64,000 nucleotides of DNA, from assembly GCF_009834535.1 (NCBI RefSeq), contig NC_045697.1, forward strand, positions 59,646,001-59,710,000. Reading direction: 5' to 3'. The translations under genes and the position numbers were made by a program. Positions 1 to 12,490 of the stretch are shown here, one piece after another. Numbering within the stretch: position 1 is the first letter of the stretch; each line of letters begins with the position of its first letter. Under the pieces are notes generated by a model. It had not been told where the DNA came from, did not search any database, and worked only from the letters and a program-made list of their open reading frames with translations. The DNA comes from Camelus ferus (taxonomy: Eukaryota).

Positions 1-800
1 TCAAAAAACTAAAAATAGACTTAGCATATGATCCAGCAATCCTACTCCTGGGCATATATCCAGAGGGAATCTTAATTCAAGAAGACACATGCACCCCAAT
101 GTTCATAGCAGCACTATTTATAACAGCCAAAGGGGAAGGGTATAGCTCAAATGGTAGAGCACATGTTCAGCACCCAAGACTTTACTGGTTCAATCCCCAG
201 TACCTCTTCCAAGTGGAAATCAATGAAGAAACCTAATGACCTCCCCCTCAGAAAACAAACAATGTAACAGCCAAGACATGGAAATAACCTAAATGTCCAT
301 CAACAGATGACTGGATAAAGAAGCTGTGGTATATTTACATAATGGAATACTACTCAGCCATAAAAAATGATAAAATAATGCCATTTGCAGCAACATGTAT
401 GGACTCAGAGAATGTCATTCTAAGTGAATTAAGCCAGAAAGAGAAAGAAAAATACCATATGATATCACTCATATATGGGGGAAAAAAAAGATGAACTTAT
501 TTACAAAACAGAAACAGACTTTCAGACATAGAAAACAAACATGGTTACCAGGGAGGGGAGGGAGGGGAGGGATAAACTGGGAGTTCAAGGTTTGCAGATA
601 CTAGCTAATATACATAAAATAGAAAAACAAGTTTATACTGTATAGCACAGGGAACTATATTCAATATCTTTTAGTAACTTATGGTGAAAAAGAAAATGAA
701 AATGAATGTATGTATGTTCCTATATGACTGAAGTATTGTGCTGTACACCAGAAATTGACACAACATTGTAACCTGACTATACTTCAATAAAAACCTATAT
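1..800 (+). mobile_element. LINE-1 3' end (ORF2 C-terminus + 3'UTR), lineage-specific family; runs off the left edge
   Basis: L1 ORF2 end motifs (gatccagcaatcctactcctgggcatatatc, atggaatactactcagccataaaaaa, ctaagtgaattaagccagaaagagaaag) and a 3'UTR ending acttcaataaaaa. The 3'UTR matches the copies at 10300-10629 and 48440-48939. Confidence 0.95.
131..264 (+). mobile_element. tRNA(Ala-like)-derived SINE, Vic-1-like (camelid), nested in L1
   Basis: Head ggggaagggtatagctcaaatggtagagc with Pol III A box (143-154), B box ggttcaatcc (187-196) and an A-rich tail. Flanked by 10-bp TSD taacagccaa (121-130, 265-274), and the L1 resumes seamlessly. Family name from recall. Confidence 0.88.
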
Positions 801-2490
801 TAAAGAAATCTATCAAATACCAAAATAAATTCACTTTTAAAATACCAAAGAAAAGGAAAGTCTAAATATGATCTGAATAATTAATGGCCTATGATAAAGA
901 TTTCTTCTCAGCTATTATAATTTTATTTTCTTCTAAAATTATAATAAATGATAAGTCATCAATATCATTATCATACAAATACAAATTTACTTTGTGGCAG
1001 ACTAGAATTAAAACAACGAATTCTCATTTCTAGCCTCAGGTGTATTTCAAATAATAGTGCTATCTAATTTTAACATTATTTAAATAAATTAACTGAATAC
1101 CTTTAAAATACAAGATAATATTAAAGCTCTGTGAAAATCTACATTATGTATCCTGATATGTCAAAATTATATACCCTTACTTTTTTTCTGGAACTTGACA
1201 TTTTATTAATTCTATTTTTGACTTTCTAGATAAATCATCAACCAACAAAGGAGTATTAATTATTCACAGAATGTTCTTAACTACCCATTACCATACATTC
1301 CTATATTGAATTTGCAAGGTTACTTTTGTAGGTTCTTTAAATAGAATTTATTTTGAAATGTTTAATTGAGAAAATTGTAAGAATTTGGCCTATATCAAAT
1401 AAGTCAAAGAAAAAGCCATATGGAGTTAATTATATAATTTTTTTGTCATTTTATTTCAGACAATGATTCATAGCATGCAGCAATTCAGCATTCCTTGGTA
1501 ACCAAAGGATAATCTGGTTCAAAATGCCCATTTAACAAGAAGTCAATGTGGAATGAGATTTGTATTTTAATAAAGATTTTTATTTTTTCAAAGTATAATG
1601 AGTAATGCCATCCATTAAAAGTTAATCTACTTTGTTAATTTAACAGTCAAATATGTAATTTTATTTACAGGTCAATAGATCTGAATTAGGCTGCTAGTGG
1701 CACAGCTTGAAATAGTATGTACAGGAGAGAAAACTAAGTCCAGAAATGAGGACCAGCCATGTTTCCTCCTGAATTGTACTAGCCATGTGCCCCCATTTTC
1801 TGTTATAGTTCACATTTATTCTCCCAACATTCTAGTGGTTACCTATGCTGCAGACAGAATGTGAAAGAATAAAATTATGATTGCCAGTGCACATCTTGAA
1901 ATAATAGATTACCTTATTAGTCCTTTGCATCCAGCTGTGATGTCTAAAAGAAATTGAGCATACTTTCTAATTGGGCTGGCTGAATCCATGTACATATGAC
2001 TCCTTGGTGTCTCCAGCCAATGCCATGTGTAACTTCATAATAGCTGCTCATTCGTAGCGTTTCTTTGTAAAATTGCACGAAGTCCTTTTAAAATGCCATC
2101 CAAGAACAAAAACCTATTTTGTTTAACATTTATTCTTCTTCATTTAGAACATAGCTTCAAATAGGCAGTTTGAGCTTACATTTTCTTGGTATTTTGAAGA
2201 AAAATTAATTGATTTTTTTCTGCATTAGAGATGGGACAGCTAAGCTTTGGAAGCCATGGAAACTATAACTTAATATTATCCACCAAAGTTTTTCAAGTAA
2301 TTGCAAAAGTGATAAACAAAAATAAGAAATATTATAAATTAATTTAGATATAGGGATACCTTATGAGAAATCAAATTCAAATAATAAAAACAAATATATG
2401 ACTGAGGAAATTTTCTCTATAGAAAACAAATTTCTCTACATTAATTCTACTTATAGAGATTACTGGAAATGTGAACCTTGCCTAAGAATC

Positions 2491-2932
2491 ATTTTTTTAA
2501 ATTGAAGTAGTCAGTTACAATGCATCAATTTCTGGTGTACACAACAATGTCCCAGTCATGCATATACATACATATATTCATTTTCATATTGTTTCATTAA
2601 AGGTTATTACAAGATATTGAACATAGTTCTCTGTGCTATACAGAAGAAACTTTTTTAAAATCTATTTTTATATATGGTGTTTAACATTTGTAAATCTCAA
2701 ACTCCCAAATCTACCCCTTCCCACCCTCTTTCCCCAGTAACCATAATATTGTTTACTATGCAAGTCTGTTTCTGTTTTGTAGATGAGTTCATAGTGTCCT
2801 TTTTTCTTCTTCTTCTTCATTTTTTAGATTCCACATATGAGTGATATCATATATTTTTCTTTCTTTCTGGCTTACTTCACTTAGAATGATGATCTCTAGG
2901 TCCAACTATGTTGCTGTAAATGGCATTATTTT
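2491..2932 (-). mobile_element. LINE-1 3' segment (non-inverted part of a 5'-inverted insertion)
   Basis: The reverse complement reads aaaataatgccatttacagcaac...ctaagtgaagtaagccagaaag...3'UTR...acttcaatttaaaaaaa. Confidence 0.93.
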
Positions 2933-3376
2933 AAATGGGACCTAATTAAACTTATATAAGCTTTTGCACAGCAAAGGAAACCATAAGCAAAATAAAATGA
3001 CAACCTATAGAATGGGAGAAAATATTTGCAAATGATGCAACTGACAAGGGCTTAATCTCCAGAATATATAAACAGCTCATACAACTTAATAAAAAAAAAA
3101 GCAAACAACCCAACCCAAAAATGGGCAGAAGACCTAAACAAGCAATTCTCCAGTGAAGACATACAAATGGCCAACAGGCACATGAAAAAATGCTCAATAT
3201 CGCTAATTTTCAGAGAAATGCAAATCAAAACTACAATGAGGTATCATCTCACACCAGTCAGAATGGCCATCATTCAAAAGTCCACAATCAATCAATGCTG
3301 GAGAGGGTGTGGAGAAAAGGGAACCCTCCTACACTGCTGATGGGAATGTAGTTTAGTGCAGCCATTACGGAAAAGA
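2933..3376 (+). mobile_element. LINE-1 ORF2 segment, inverted 5' part of the same insertion
   Basis: aaatgggacctaattaaac...gcacagcaaaggaaacc...tgctggagagggtgtggagaaaagggaaccc (ORF2 Cys-rich domain). The whole unit is flanked by ctaagaatc (2482-2490, 3377-3385). Confidence 0.93.
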
Positions 3377-3619
3377 CTAAGAATCTTATATTTAAATGTA
3401 AAATTTAGTTTCAATGCTTCTGTTAATTCTTTGTGTTGTTAAAGCATAAAGCCATGGGATAGATGGCTCTTCTTTACCAGAGGACTTTAATAAGGTTTTA
3501 TACCAACATAGATCAACCCAGAGCCTTCTTTGTATTGGAGGGTATTGGCAAACTGGAGTGTTATGCATATTAAGAATTAGACAAGTGTGCAGAAGGTGGT
3601 TTGTCCACTGACATTTGCT

Positions 3620-4065
3620 GAATAACATGCTTCTCTGAAACCTAAATGCCTAAAACAGGAACTGTGTGTTTATATTCTGAAGACTGGATGTTAGCGTTGA
3701 GTTCAGATAGGCATTTTCTAGGCCAGGTTGGGCTGATCTTGCCTGAACTTGCTCATGTATCATTCGTGAGCTGATATGTTGAATAGGGCTGGTGATTTAT
3801 CATAGCTTCAGCTAGGGAGGCTGGGATGACTGAGGCTTCTTTCCAGAAGGCTTACCAGTGCCTATTTATGTGGAGAGTTGTAGTTACTGTCATAGCCGTA
3901 AGGCAAGCCTCCACACACAAGCCCTTAGTCTCCACTTGCTTCATAATTGCTACTTTCCAGGGCGTGTCATGTGGCCTGGCCTAGAGGAACTGTGGGAAGA
4001 TACTAACAAAGGACATGTTTATAGGAAGTATGGGAGGCTGTTACTGCAGTCAGTTCACTTCAACA
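3620..4065 (-). mobile_element. Old MaLR LTR (MLT1G/H-like), degraded
   Basis: Motifs ggctgatcttgcctgaacttgctcatgtatc, gctgggatgactgaggc and gtcatgtggcctggcctaga resemble MLT1 LTR consensus. Confidence 0.55.
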
Positions 4066-4509
4066 GGCTAATGATAAGAGATTGCACATGACCAGGGCAA
4101 GCCTGAGACTTAAGGAGGGATAAGGATACATACATTTAGTATAACAGGTACAGTAAATTTATTTCTGGAATAATATATCTAGCATTTTTATTTGGGTTTC
4201 AGCTTGCTACTTTGCAATGTGATAATCTCACTTCGATTCCCTAAAATTTCAGCAAAACTTTTTTTTCCTTTTTTTAATACAATAACTATTTTTCCCCTTT
4301 TTTTAATACAAGAACTGTGGTGTTATCTTTCATGGGGTTAATTGGAGTGAAAAAAGATTGTGGAAGGAAAGATGTGAAGAGAAATCAGAATCCATTAAAA
4401 CAAGAAGTTCAGGCAAGAGGCACTTAGAAGATCAAGATGCTCATAGATTTTATAGATGTTGAAAGTGTTTGGATTTCCTACTGAAGGTGAGATGGGCATT
4501 TAAAAAAAG

Positions 4510-4730
4510 AGATAACTTTATTTGTCAGGCACTGTTTTGTTAGCCTTTTGTATATATTAAATTGTTTAATGCATTATTCCCTTAAGGTATACTGTGATAT
4601 TCCCTTTCTATAAAAATCAAAACTTAAGTGCAAAATATTTAAGTAAACTCATGGTCACAGTGCTGGTAGATGATGAGTCCATGAGACCAATACAAATAGA
4701 CTGCCTTTGGCTCTAAACTCTTGACTAGTC
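4510..4730 (-). mobile_element. MIR SINE
   Basis: tgtcaggcactgttt...aagtaaactcatggtcacagtgctggtagatgatgag (MIR core, antisense). Confidence 0.65.
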
Positions 4731-6849
4731 AACTTTATAAACTGTGGGGGAAAGGAAAATGTAACAAAATTATTGGATCATTTTATGAATTCAAAAGCTG
4801 ATAGAGATTTTAATAATATTGATAATATTGTTGAGATGTTGGAAGACAATCTTTATTTTTATTCTGCATTTGGGAATTCATTTAAAGCAAACATATCTTC
4901 AGTTGTCCCCTGTCCCTGTTTATTCCCATCTTGCCTACATATGCCACATTGCTTGCTACTCAAAATGGGTGCTTTTCTCACTTTTTCTAAATTGGGCAAT
5001 ACCAGAGTGGTTCTTTCCTTCTTTTGTAACAAACTTGTTGATATTGTTACTTTCAGATACTTCATACCACATGGATGGACTTTTTAAGCCATTTAACCTT
5101 ATCTTCTTAATGGCCCTATATCCAAATATTGTCATATTGGTGGCTATGGCTTCAACCTATGAACTTTGGGGCAACACAACTTTTTGAGAACAAAGTGAAA
5201 TGATATATATAAAATCTGTAGTACAATAACACCTTGAAATGTGCAAGAAATTTAGCTATCATTATTATAATAATTATCTATCACAGTCGTCATTGCTCTG
5301 TCATTTAGAGGTGACACTGAAAAACTTGAATGAAAATGGATATGACATTAATTCCATATACAGAATGAATAATAGAAACAAACAAGCCATGCGTTCCTGA
5401 ATGTATGCCTTTTTACTTCATAGGATAAAATGTAGGAAATGAAGTGAAAAGCTATTGTGAAAATATTTTCAAATTTATTTTGTAAAGAACAGAGTAGAGT
5501 TATTTCCTTTTGTTACCAAAGACAGAATTTGGATAATCTGGTAGAAGTATTAAGTAGAAACATTCCATATTACTAATCATAGAGTAGGTTTCTTTTAAAA
5601 AGTGGCAAGGTTCCCATCCTGGAACTGTGTCAAGAAAAAGGTAGACCTCACGCTCTGGGACGTGGTTGGGTGACAGGTTGTTTTAAATGATTTCTAAAGT
5701 GAATTTCAATGCCAAAACTGTGATGTTATTGATTAAAATTTTGTATTTGTCTAGCAGTGGGTCATACATGATCCTAAGCTGAAAATTTGCATCCCAATGA
5801 TGGAAGCACAATTTGGAATTTAAAGAGCTAAAGAGGGAACAAATTACTTTTAAGTGAAAATTGGTATAATTACTTGGATACAAGAATGTTCTTGAATAAA
5901 GGAAACATTAAATGGTAATTGTAATGAGCTTCAGGTGATAAGCAGTGCTGGGGTATAGAAGTTATGCATGTGTGGAAAGCCGAAGGGAGAAGACTGCAAA
6001 TGGTGAGGTTATAAGGGAATGAGGTTGTTCTGAACACTGCAATGCAGAGTGAGAATCAGATGTTTTTTAACTCAGTCTAAATTAAGTCAAGCTCAGCAAC
6101 TGTCTGTAATTTGTTTGAGACTCTTTATCACATATTCTTTGAAATCAGATTTAGTATTAAGATTAACTATACATAATGGATTTTTGATAGGACCTACAGG
6201 ATAACTGACTTGAGAGAATAATTCTGAGATATCAGGTGATCAGCTAGGCTTAGGGAAAAAAATTTGAATAATTTGAAACCAGGGCGAAATCTGTACATAT
6301 AAAGTATCTCAATAGAAACTGAAATTCTTTGGAATATTAGATATTTCTTGATTTCTATAAGGGAAAATAACTGTGCCTCTCTCTACATTTCATTCAAGTA
6401 TTATTTCCCTGAAACTAACAACTTAGGTTTAATTTTGTTTTTCCACACTGATTATCTTAACACATCATCAATTTTACATTTAAAAGATTAAATTTTATAA
6501 AATTTAGAATAATTTTAATTTAACCAAGTAACATGTTGCTGCTTCTTTTTCATGGGTATTTTCATTGCAACCACTTTTTATCTCTTCGTTTATTTTCACA
6601 TTTTTAATAGTCACAATTAGGGTAGTTTATACTGCAGTAACAAATGAACTGAAATCTCAGTGAATGATGACCACATAGATTTATTGTTCATACTGTGAGC
6701 AATGTAGCCATAGTGGCTTTCCTTGGAATCAATCCTCATATGGTAACACAAGGTGCTTTCCATTCTATGGTGTTGCTTTCGTAAATACTTATTCTAGTGT
6801 CACCAATACAGGATGTTTAGAACTAAGCTTCCAAATACACTATGTCCTG

Positions 6850-7263
6850 CAAATATCCCCTGCTTTTTAAAGTTTGCTTCATGTTACTTCGCTTTTATGG
6901 AAGACCTACATTAATACCCATTTTTGCTAACCCAAAGGAGAATTTTCACTTTTAAGAAAAATAAAGAATGAAAGTAGCATTTCGCATTTGTTGTCCAGCA
7001 AGCCATTACAGAGGCAGCATGCGTCCTGACAGAGAGTGACACCACCCAGCTCCTTCCTCAGAAACTACACTCAGCCTCTCAGCATCAAGTCGCCACGGCT
7101 TTACACTGTGTGAGCATCTGTGCTTTTTTATCTCAATTTATTTCCTGCATCCGTTATCAAGATGTGTCCTAAGGTAATTGCTTCTTCAGTTTATGCCATT
7201 TCAGCTTAAAAGAGGTTTCATGGGAAGGCTTCTACTTTCAAAGAGCAGAGCAGGGGAAACCTG
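6850..7263. mobile_element. Tigger-family (TcMar) non-autonomous DNA transposon, artiodactyl-type
   Basis: Imperfect TIRs caaatatcccctgctttttaaagt ... actttcaaagagcagagcaggggaaacctg, followed by TA (7264-7265). The left TA has decayed to TG. Confidence 0.8.
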
Positions 7264-7698
7264 TAGGTCATTTGTCAAAACTCCAGCACAGACCCTCAAC
7301 CCAGTCACACATACCAAACCTAGAAAGTCTAGTCTTCCTTTGTGGCCAGGAACAGAGAAATGAAAGAGAAATTTGTAAAACATGTAGTATGGTCTCTGCT
7401 ATGATACTTAAGGATACATTCTCAGGAAAAAGGATGGAGGAGAAGGTCAGAAATTTTTCAGCAAGTGAGATCTAAAGGAGCAGAGGCTGAAAAGGGACAA
7501 GACTGTGGAGTAAACAAAAATTTAGGAAACATGTACTGATGAGAATCCAGCAACAATCTTAGACTAGTAAACTAGAGAGGAGAGAGTTAATGAATTATTA
7601 AAACAGAGGGTCAGACCAGTTTTTAGAAAGTCATATATGGAGTGAGTAATTGAAGAGACAAGGTGAATGTGCAGGGCTTGCTGTGTAGGAAAGTCAGA

Positions 7699-8091
7699 TG
7701 TGGTAGACTGTATCAATTTTCAAAGAGATATTTGAGGTTCTTCCTGAAGTGAGATTATATGTTCCCATGCTTTTGAACTCCAGGATGGAAAGATAACTTG
7801 CTTTGACCAATGAAATATGAATGCAAGTAACAGGTGTCACTTCCAGGCAGAAACGTTAAGAGCCAGTGTGTGGTTTTTCATGATGTCTTTTCCCCAATGT
7901 CTGAACGTTAAAGCAGTGTTGAAATACAGAATCTGTCAGCCTGATATTTTAAGTGACTGAAATAAATTGATCCTCCTTACCGCCCAGTAAGCACACAGTG
8001 TGAGCTAGAAATAACCTCGTAGTTTTAAGTCACTGTAGTATTTTGTTTGTTGGTAATTGCAGAATGGCTTATCCCCCTCCTGACTGATACA
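7699..8091 (+). mobile_element. MaLR LTR (MLT1H/I/J-like)
   Basis: Starts tgtggtagactg, contains gctttgaccaatgaaatatga...gtgtcacttccaggcagaa and ends tgactgataca. Confidence 0.8.
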
Positions 8092-8340
8092 GAAGTTGAG
8101 ACCAGGAAGAGGGTCTTGATATATCAAAAAATGACATTATGTATTTTGTAACTGGATAGTGAATAGGAAGGATTCTATTACTGGGGGCTAGAAAGAGGGT
8201 GACTCATATTACGCCAAAATAAAACATGCCATTAGATAACTTGAAAGACAGATGAGGTATTTAATATTTTGAACCTATCAAGAAGAGGAAAATATAAAAG
8301 AAACTAAGAATGTGGGTCTTTCATAAAAGTCTGATAAGCT
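8092..8340 (+). mobile_element. MLT1-int (MaLR internal) fragment following the LTR
   Basis: gaagttgagaccaggaagaggg directly after the LTR end resembles the MLT-int start, and ggggctagaaagagggtgactcatatta follows. Confidence 0.5.
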
Positions 8341-9175
8341 CAAAGTACCTAGCATTAATTCCAGAGTGTAAATATACTTATAGACACAATGGCTATGCTG
8401 CTATGGACAAAGAATTCTGCAATAAGGTACACACAGATGATACACGTGGATGACTCCATCTATCTTGTTGATTGCTATTATTCCAAGCACACAGCAAATG
8501 CCAGGGACATACTGTATTGTCATAAATATTGCAAAATGTTTCTAGCTTATAGTGTTTTTTATTTTTTAAGAAAAGAGAATAAAAGAAATGATACCATACA
8601 TTACTATCTGTTTGCTTTTTTTTTTTTTAGTTCTTTATTCATCTTTTTCTTTTGTTACCAATAGAATTAAAAGAAAAAAGCTTTACTTACGTAGCTCTTT
8701 ACTCTCCTGGAATACAGAAACACTTGTCCCTTAACACTGCTCACTCCATGGGCTTTGGCTTCTCTGAAATAGTGTCCTCATAACAGGCAAAGTCTCTGAC
8801 AGTGTTCCACATTTATTTTTCTTTTTCCTAAAATTATTCCATAAATAACTTCTCCATTATTGATAGTTTCTCAAATTTGCTCATATTTTTGCCCTGGAAA
8901 TTGATCACCAATCTTTATTCCCTTTATAAATTATGGACAGTCTATCATTTACTGGGCTTTCTACAAATGTTTGGCTTTCTCTCTGTATGTACTGCTATTA
9001 ACTTGTGCACTTGTATACATGACGCTTCTTTATGTACTCACACATCATGTTGTTTTGTATTTGTGAAAATGTCTGTTAATACATATTTGTCTTTCCTCAC
9101 CTCTGCCTAAGTGTCTTCCTCTGGAGTACATTTATCTGTAAGTATGTGTGTGTATACAGGTGAAAAGATGTGCTG

Positions 9176-10629
9176 ACAAAGACAGACATATAGATCAATG
9201 GATCAGAATAGAGAGCCCAAGAATAAACCCACACACCTATGGTCAATTAATCTTTGACAAAGGAGGCAAAAATATACAATGGAGAAAAGATGACCTGTTT
9301 GGCAAGTGGTGTTGATACAGCAGGACAGCTGCATGTAAATCAATGAAGTTAGAACACTCCCTCAGACCATACACAAAAATAAACTCAAAATGGCCTAATG
9401 ACTTAAAGATAAGACAAGACACTATAAATCTAGAAGAAAACATAGGCAGAATATTTTCTGAGATAAATCTTAGCGATGTTTTCCTAGGGCAGTCTACCCA
9501 GGCAATAGAAATAAAAGCAAAAATAAACAAGTGGACCTAATTAAATTTATAAACTTTTGCACAGAAAAGGAAACCATAAGCAAAGCAAAACAACCTATGG
9601 AATAGGAGAAAACACCTGCAAATGATGCAAGACAAGGGCTTAATTTCCAGAATATATAAACAGTTCACACAGCTTAATAACAAAAAAAATCTGATCCAAA
9701 AATGTGCAGAAGACAAACAATTCTCCAGTGAAGACATATGAATGGCCAACAGGCACATGAAAAAATACTCAATATTGCTAATTATCAGAGAAATGCAAAT
9801 CAAAACAATGAGGTGTCACCTCACACCAGTCAGAATGGCCAGCATTCATAAGTCCACAAACGATAAATGCTGGAGAGGGTGTGGAGAAAAGGAACCCTCC
9901 CATACTGCTGGTTGGAATGTAGTTTGGTTCAGCCATCATGGAAAATCGTATGGAGATTTCTCAAAAAACTAAAAGTAGACTTACCATGTGATCCAGCAAT
10001 CCCACTTCTGGGCATATATCTGGAGGGAACTCTAATTTGAAAAGAGAATTAGAGTTCATGCACCTTAAAATTAATAGCAGCACTATTTACAATAGCCAAG
10101 ATATGGAAACAACCTAAATGTCCTTTGACAGTTGGCTGGATAAGGAAGTTGTGGTATATTTATAAAATGGAATACTACTCAGTGAAAAAAAGTAAAATAA
10201 TGACATTTGCAGCAACATGAATAGATTCGAATATTGTCATTCTAAGTGAAGTAAGCCAGAAAGAGAAGGAAAATACCATGTGGTATCATTCATATGTGGA
10301 ATCTTAAAAAAAAAAGACACAAATGAACTTATTTACAAAACATAGACAGATTCACAGACACGGAAAATGAACTTATGGTTACCAGGGGAAAGCGTGTGGG
10401 AAGGGCTAAATCAGGAGTTTGAGATTTGCAGATAGTAACTACTATATATAACATAGATATACAACAAATTTCTTCTGTATAGCACAGAGAACTATATTCA
10501 ATATCTTGTAGTAACCTAAAGTGAAAAAGAATATGAAAACAAATATATGTATGTATATGTATCACTGAAACATTACGCTGTACACCAGAAATTGACACAC
10601 ACTGTAAAGTGACTACACTTCAATAAAAA
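9176..10629 (+). mobile_element. LINE-1, 5'-truncated (ORF2 C-terminal part + 3'UTR), frameshifted
   Basis: ORF-track peptides YTKINSKW..., [18 protein letters not shown]...CWRGCGEK are L1 ORF2. The 3'UTR ends cacttcaataaaaa. Confidence 0.96.
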
Positions 10630-11061
10630 GTCTATCCCTTCTATTACTTAATAAAGCAAATGAAATGCCATTGTTAGAAATCTTCCTCTTTCTAATTTCT
10701 GTTCAAAATTTTTCTTTTATATAGTGACTAATCCATTTTTATGGACTCTCAAACAGAAAATTAAGTGCTTTCCCTTATTCCTCCAACAATTAAAAAAATC
10801 CTTTCCATATAAATCAGAACTTTTCTCTTTCAAAATACTCCAAAATTTCCAGTTTTCATTTACTTCTGTAGTGAGAAAAGTGGATTTTAAAAATTGCCAA
10901 CAGTATGATTTTCTAAGCACTTTTTTTTTCAATTCTGCAGATCCATTTACACTTTTTGTAGTATTGTATTTGGGTAGCATTTATGTCCAAGTACACTTAC
11001 TTATTCAACCCTTTATCCTTACAGAACATATCTACTGTCTGATGCAATAGCCTTTTCACAT

Positions 11062-11349
11062 ATTTTTTCCAGTTTATTGAGATGATTACTATATAACATG
11101 TGTAAGTAACTTTCAAGTATAGGCCTCCATATCTGTGGGTTCTGCATCAGTGGATTCAATCAACTGCTGATCAAATAATATTTTCACCTGTAGTTGATTG
11201 AATCTGCAGATGTGGAACCAGTGGATACTGAGGGCTGATTGCAAGAGACTTGAGCATCCTTGGATTTTGGTATCCACAGAAGGACCCGGAAACAATCCCC
11301 TGCAGATACTGAGGGACACTGTATATATTACAATATTGCAAACTATAGG
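11062..11349 (-). mobile_element. Older L1 (L1MA-like) extreme 3' end, interrupted by a Tigger MITE
   Basis: Reverse complement: cctatagtttgcaatattgtaatatata[MITE]cttgaaagttac...atctcaataaactggaaaaaa. Confidence 0.65.
11119..11321. mobile_element. MER2/Tigger2-derived MITE
   Basis: cctccatatctgtgggttctgcatcagtggattcaatcaac ... gacttgagcatccttggattttggtatcc ... gatactgagggacactg followed by TA. Confidence 0.85.
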
Positions 11350-12490
11350 CAGTAGAAGAAAAAGAAACAGTCTGGTTAAAAAGTTGGCAAAGAACCTGAA
11401 GAGATTTTTTTCCCCAAAGACCTACAAATGGCAATAGCTATGTGAAAAGCTGCTGAACATCATTAATCATCAGGGAAATGCAAATAAAAACCACAATGAG
11501 AGAATGTATTGATTTACCAATGATATAAATGAACCTATTTATAAAACAGAAACAGACTCACAGACATAGAAAACAAACTTATGGTTACCAAAGAGGAAAG
11601 CAAGGGGTGGGGAAGGGATAAATTAGGAGTTTGGGATTAACATATACACATTACTATATATACAACAGATAAACAAAAAGACCTACTTATAGCACAGGGA
11701 ACTATATTCCTTATCTTTTAATAATCTATAATGAAAACGAATCTGAAAAAGAATAGAGATATATATATGTATAACTGAATCACTCTGTCATACACCTGAC
11801 TCTAACACAACATTGTAAATTAACTGCACTTCAATTTAAAAAATGGTTAAAATTAAAAAAAAAAACAACCCACTGATGCGATATCACCTCACATCTATTA
11901 TCAAAAAAGGTAACAAGTGTCCTTGTGGATGTGGACAAAGGGAACTCTTGTGCACTGTTGGTGGAAATGTAATTGGTGCATCTACAATGGAAAACAGTAT
12001 GAGGTGCCTCAAAAATTAAAAACAGAATTACCATTATCCAGCAATCCTACTCCTGGGTATATACCCAAACTTAATCAAATCAGGGTCATGAAGAGATATC
12101 TGCACTCCCATGTTCACTGCAGCATTATTCACAATAGCCAGGATATTGAAAAAACTGAGTGTCTCTTTAAAGATGAATGGGCATGGGCGTGCGCACACAC
12201 ACAAACACAATGGAGTATTATTCAGCCACAAGATAGAAGGAAATCTCGCCATTTGCTACAAATATGGATGAACCTTGAGGGCTTTGTGCAAAGTGAGATA
12301 AGGCAGACTGAGAAAGGCTAATGTTGTATAATCTCATTTATATGTGGAAACCAAAAAAAAGCCAGACTCACAGGAATAGTAAAATGGTGGTTGCCAAAAG
12401 GTGGTGGCAGTAACAGGGAGATGTTGGTCGAAGGGTACAAACTTCCTGCTATAAGATGAATAAATTCTGGGGATCCAATGAACCACATAG
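11350..12490 (+). mobile_element. Older L1 (L1MA-like) ORF2 C-terminus + proximal 3'UTR, carrying a nested L1
   Basis: Peptide relic GTLVHCWWKCNW, plus gggtacaaacttcctgctataagatgaataaattctggggatc. Confidence 0.9.
11502..11865 (+). mobile_element. Artiodactyl-type L1 3'UTR nested in the older L1
   Basis: aaacagaaacagactcacagacatagaaaacaaacttatggttacc...cacttcaatttaaaaaa plus a poly(A). Degenerate TSD aaaccacaatgaga / aacccactgatgcga. Confidence 0.88.

Noticed and set aside
132..210. tRNA gene
   Set aside because: It has A/B boxes, but it also has a non-tRNA tail, a TSD and a decayed anticodon arm, so it is a SINE head.
8685..8763. Minus-strand exon (tttcag|...ctac|gtaagt; one open frame EAKAHGVSSVKGQVFLYSRRVKSY)
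   Set aside because: Weak acceptor tract, unrecognised peptide and no compatible neighbouring exons.
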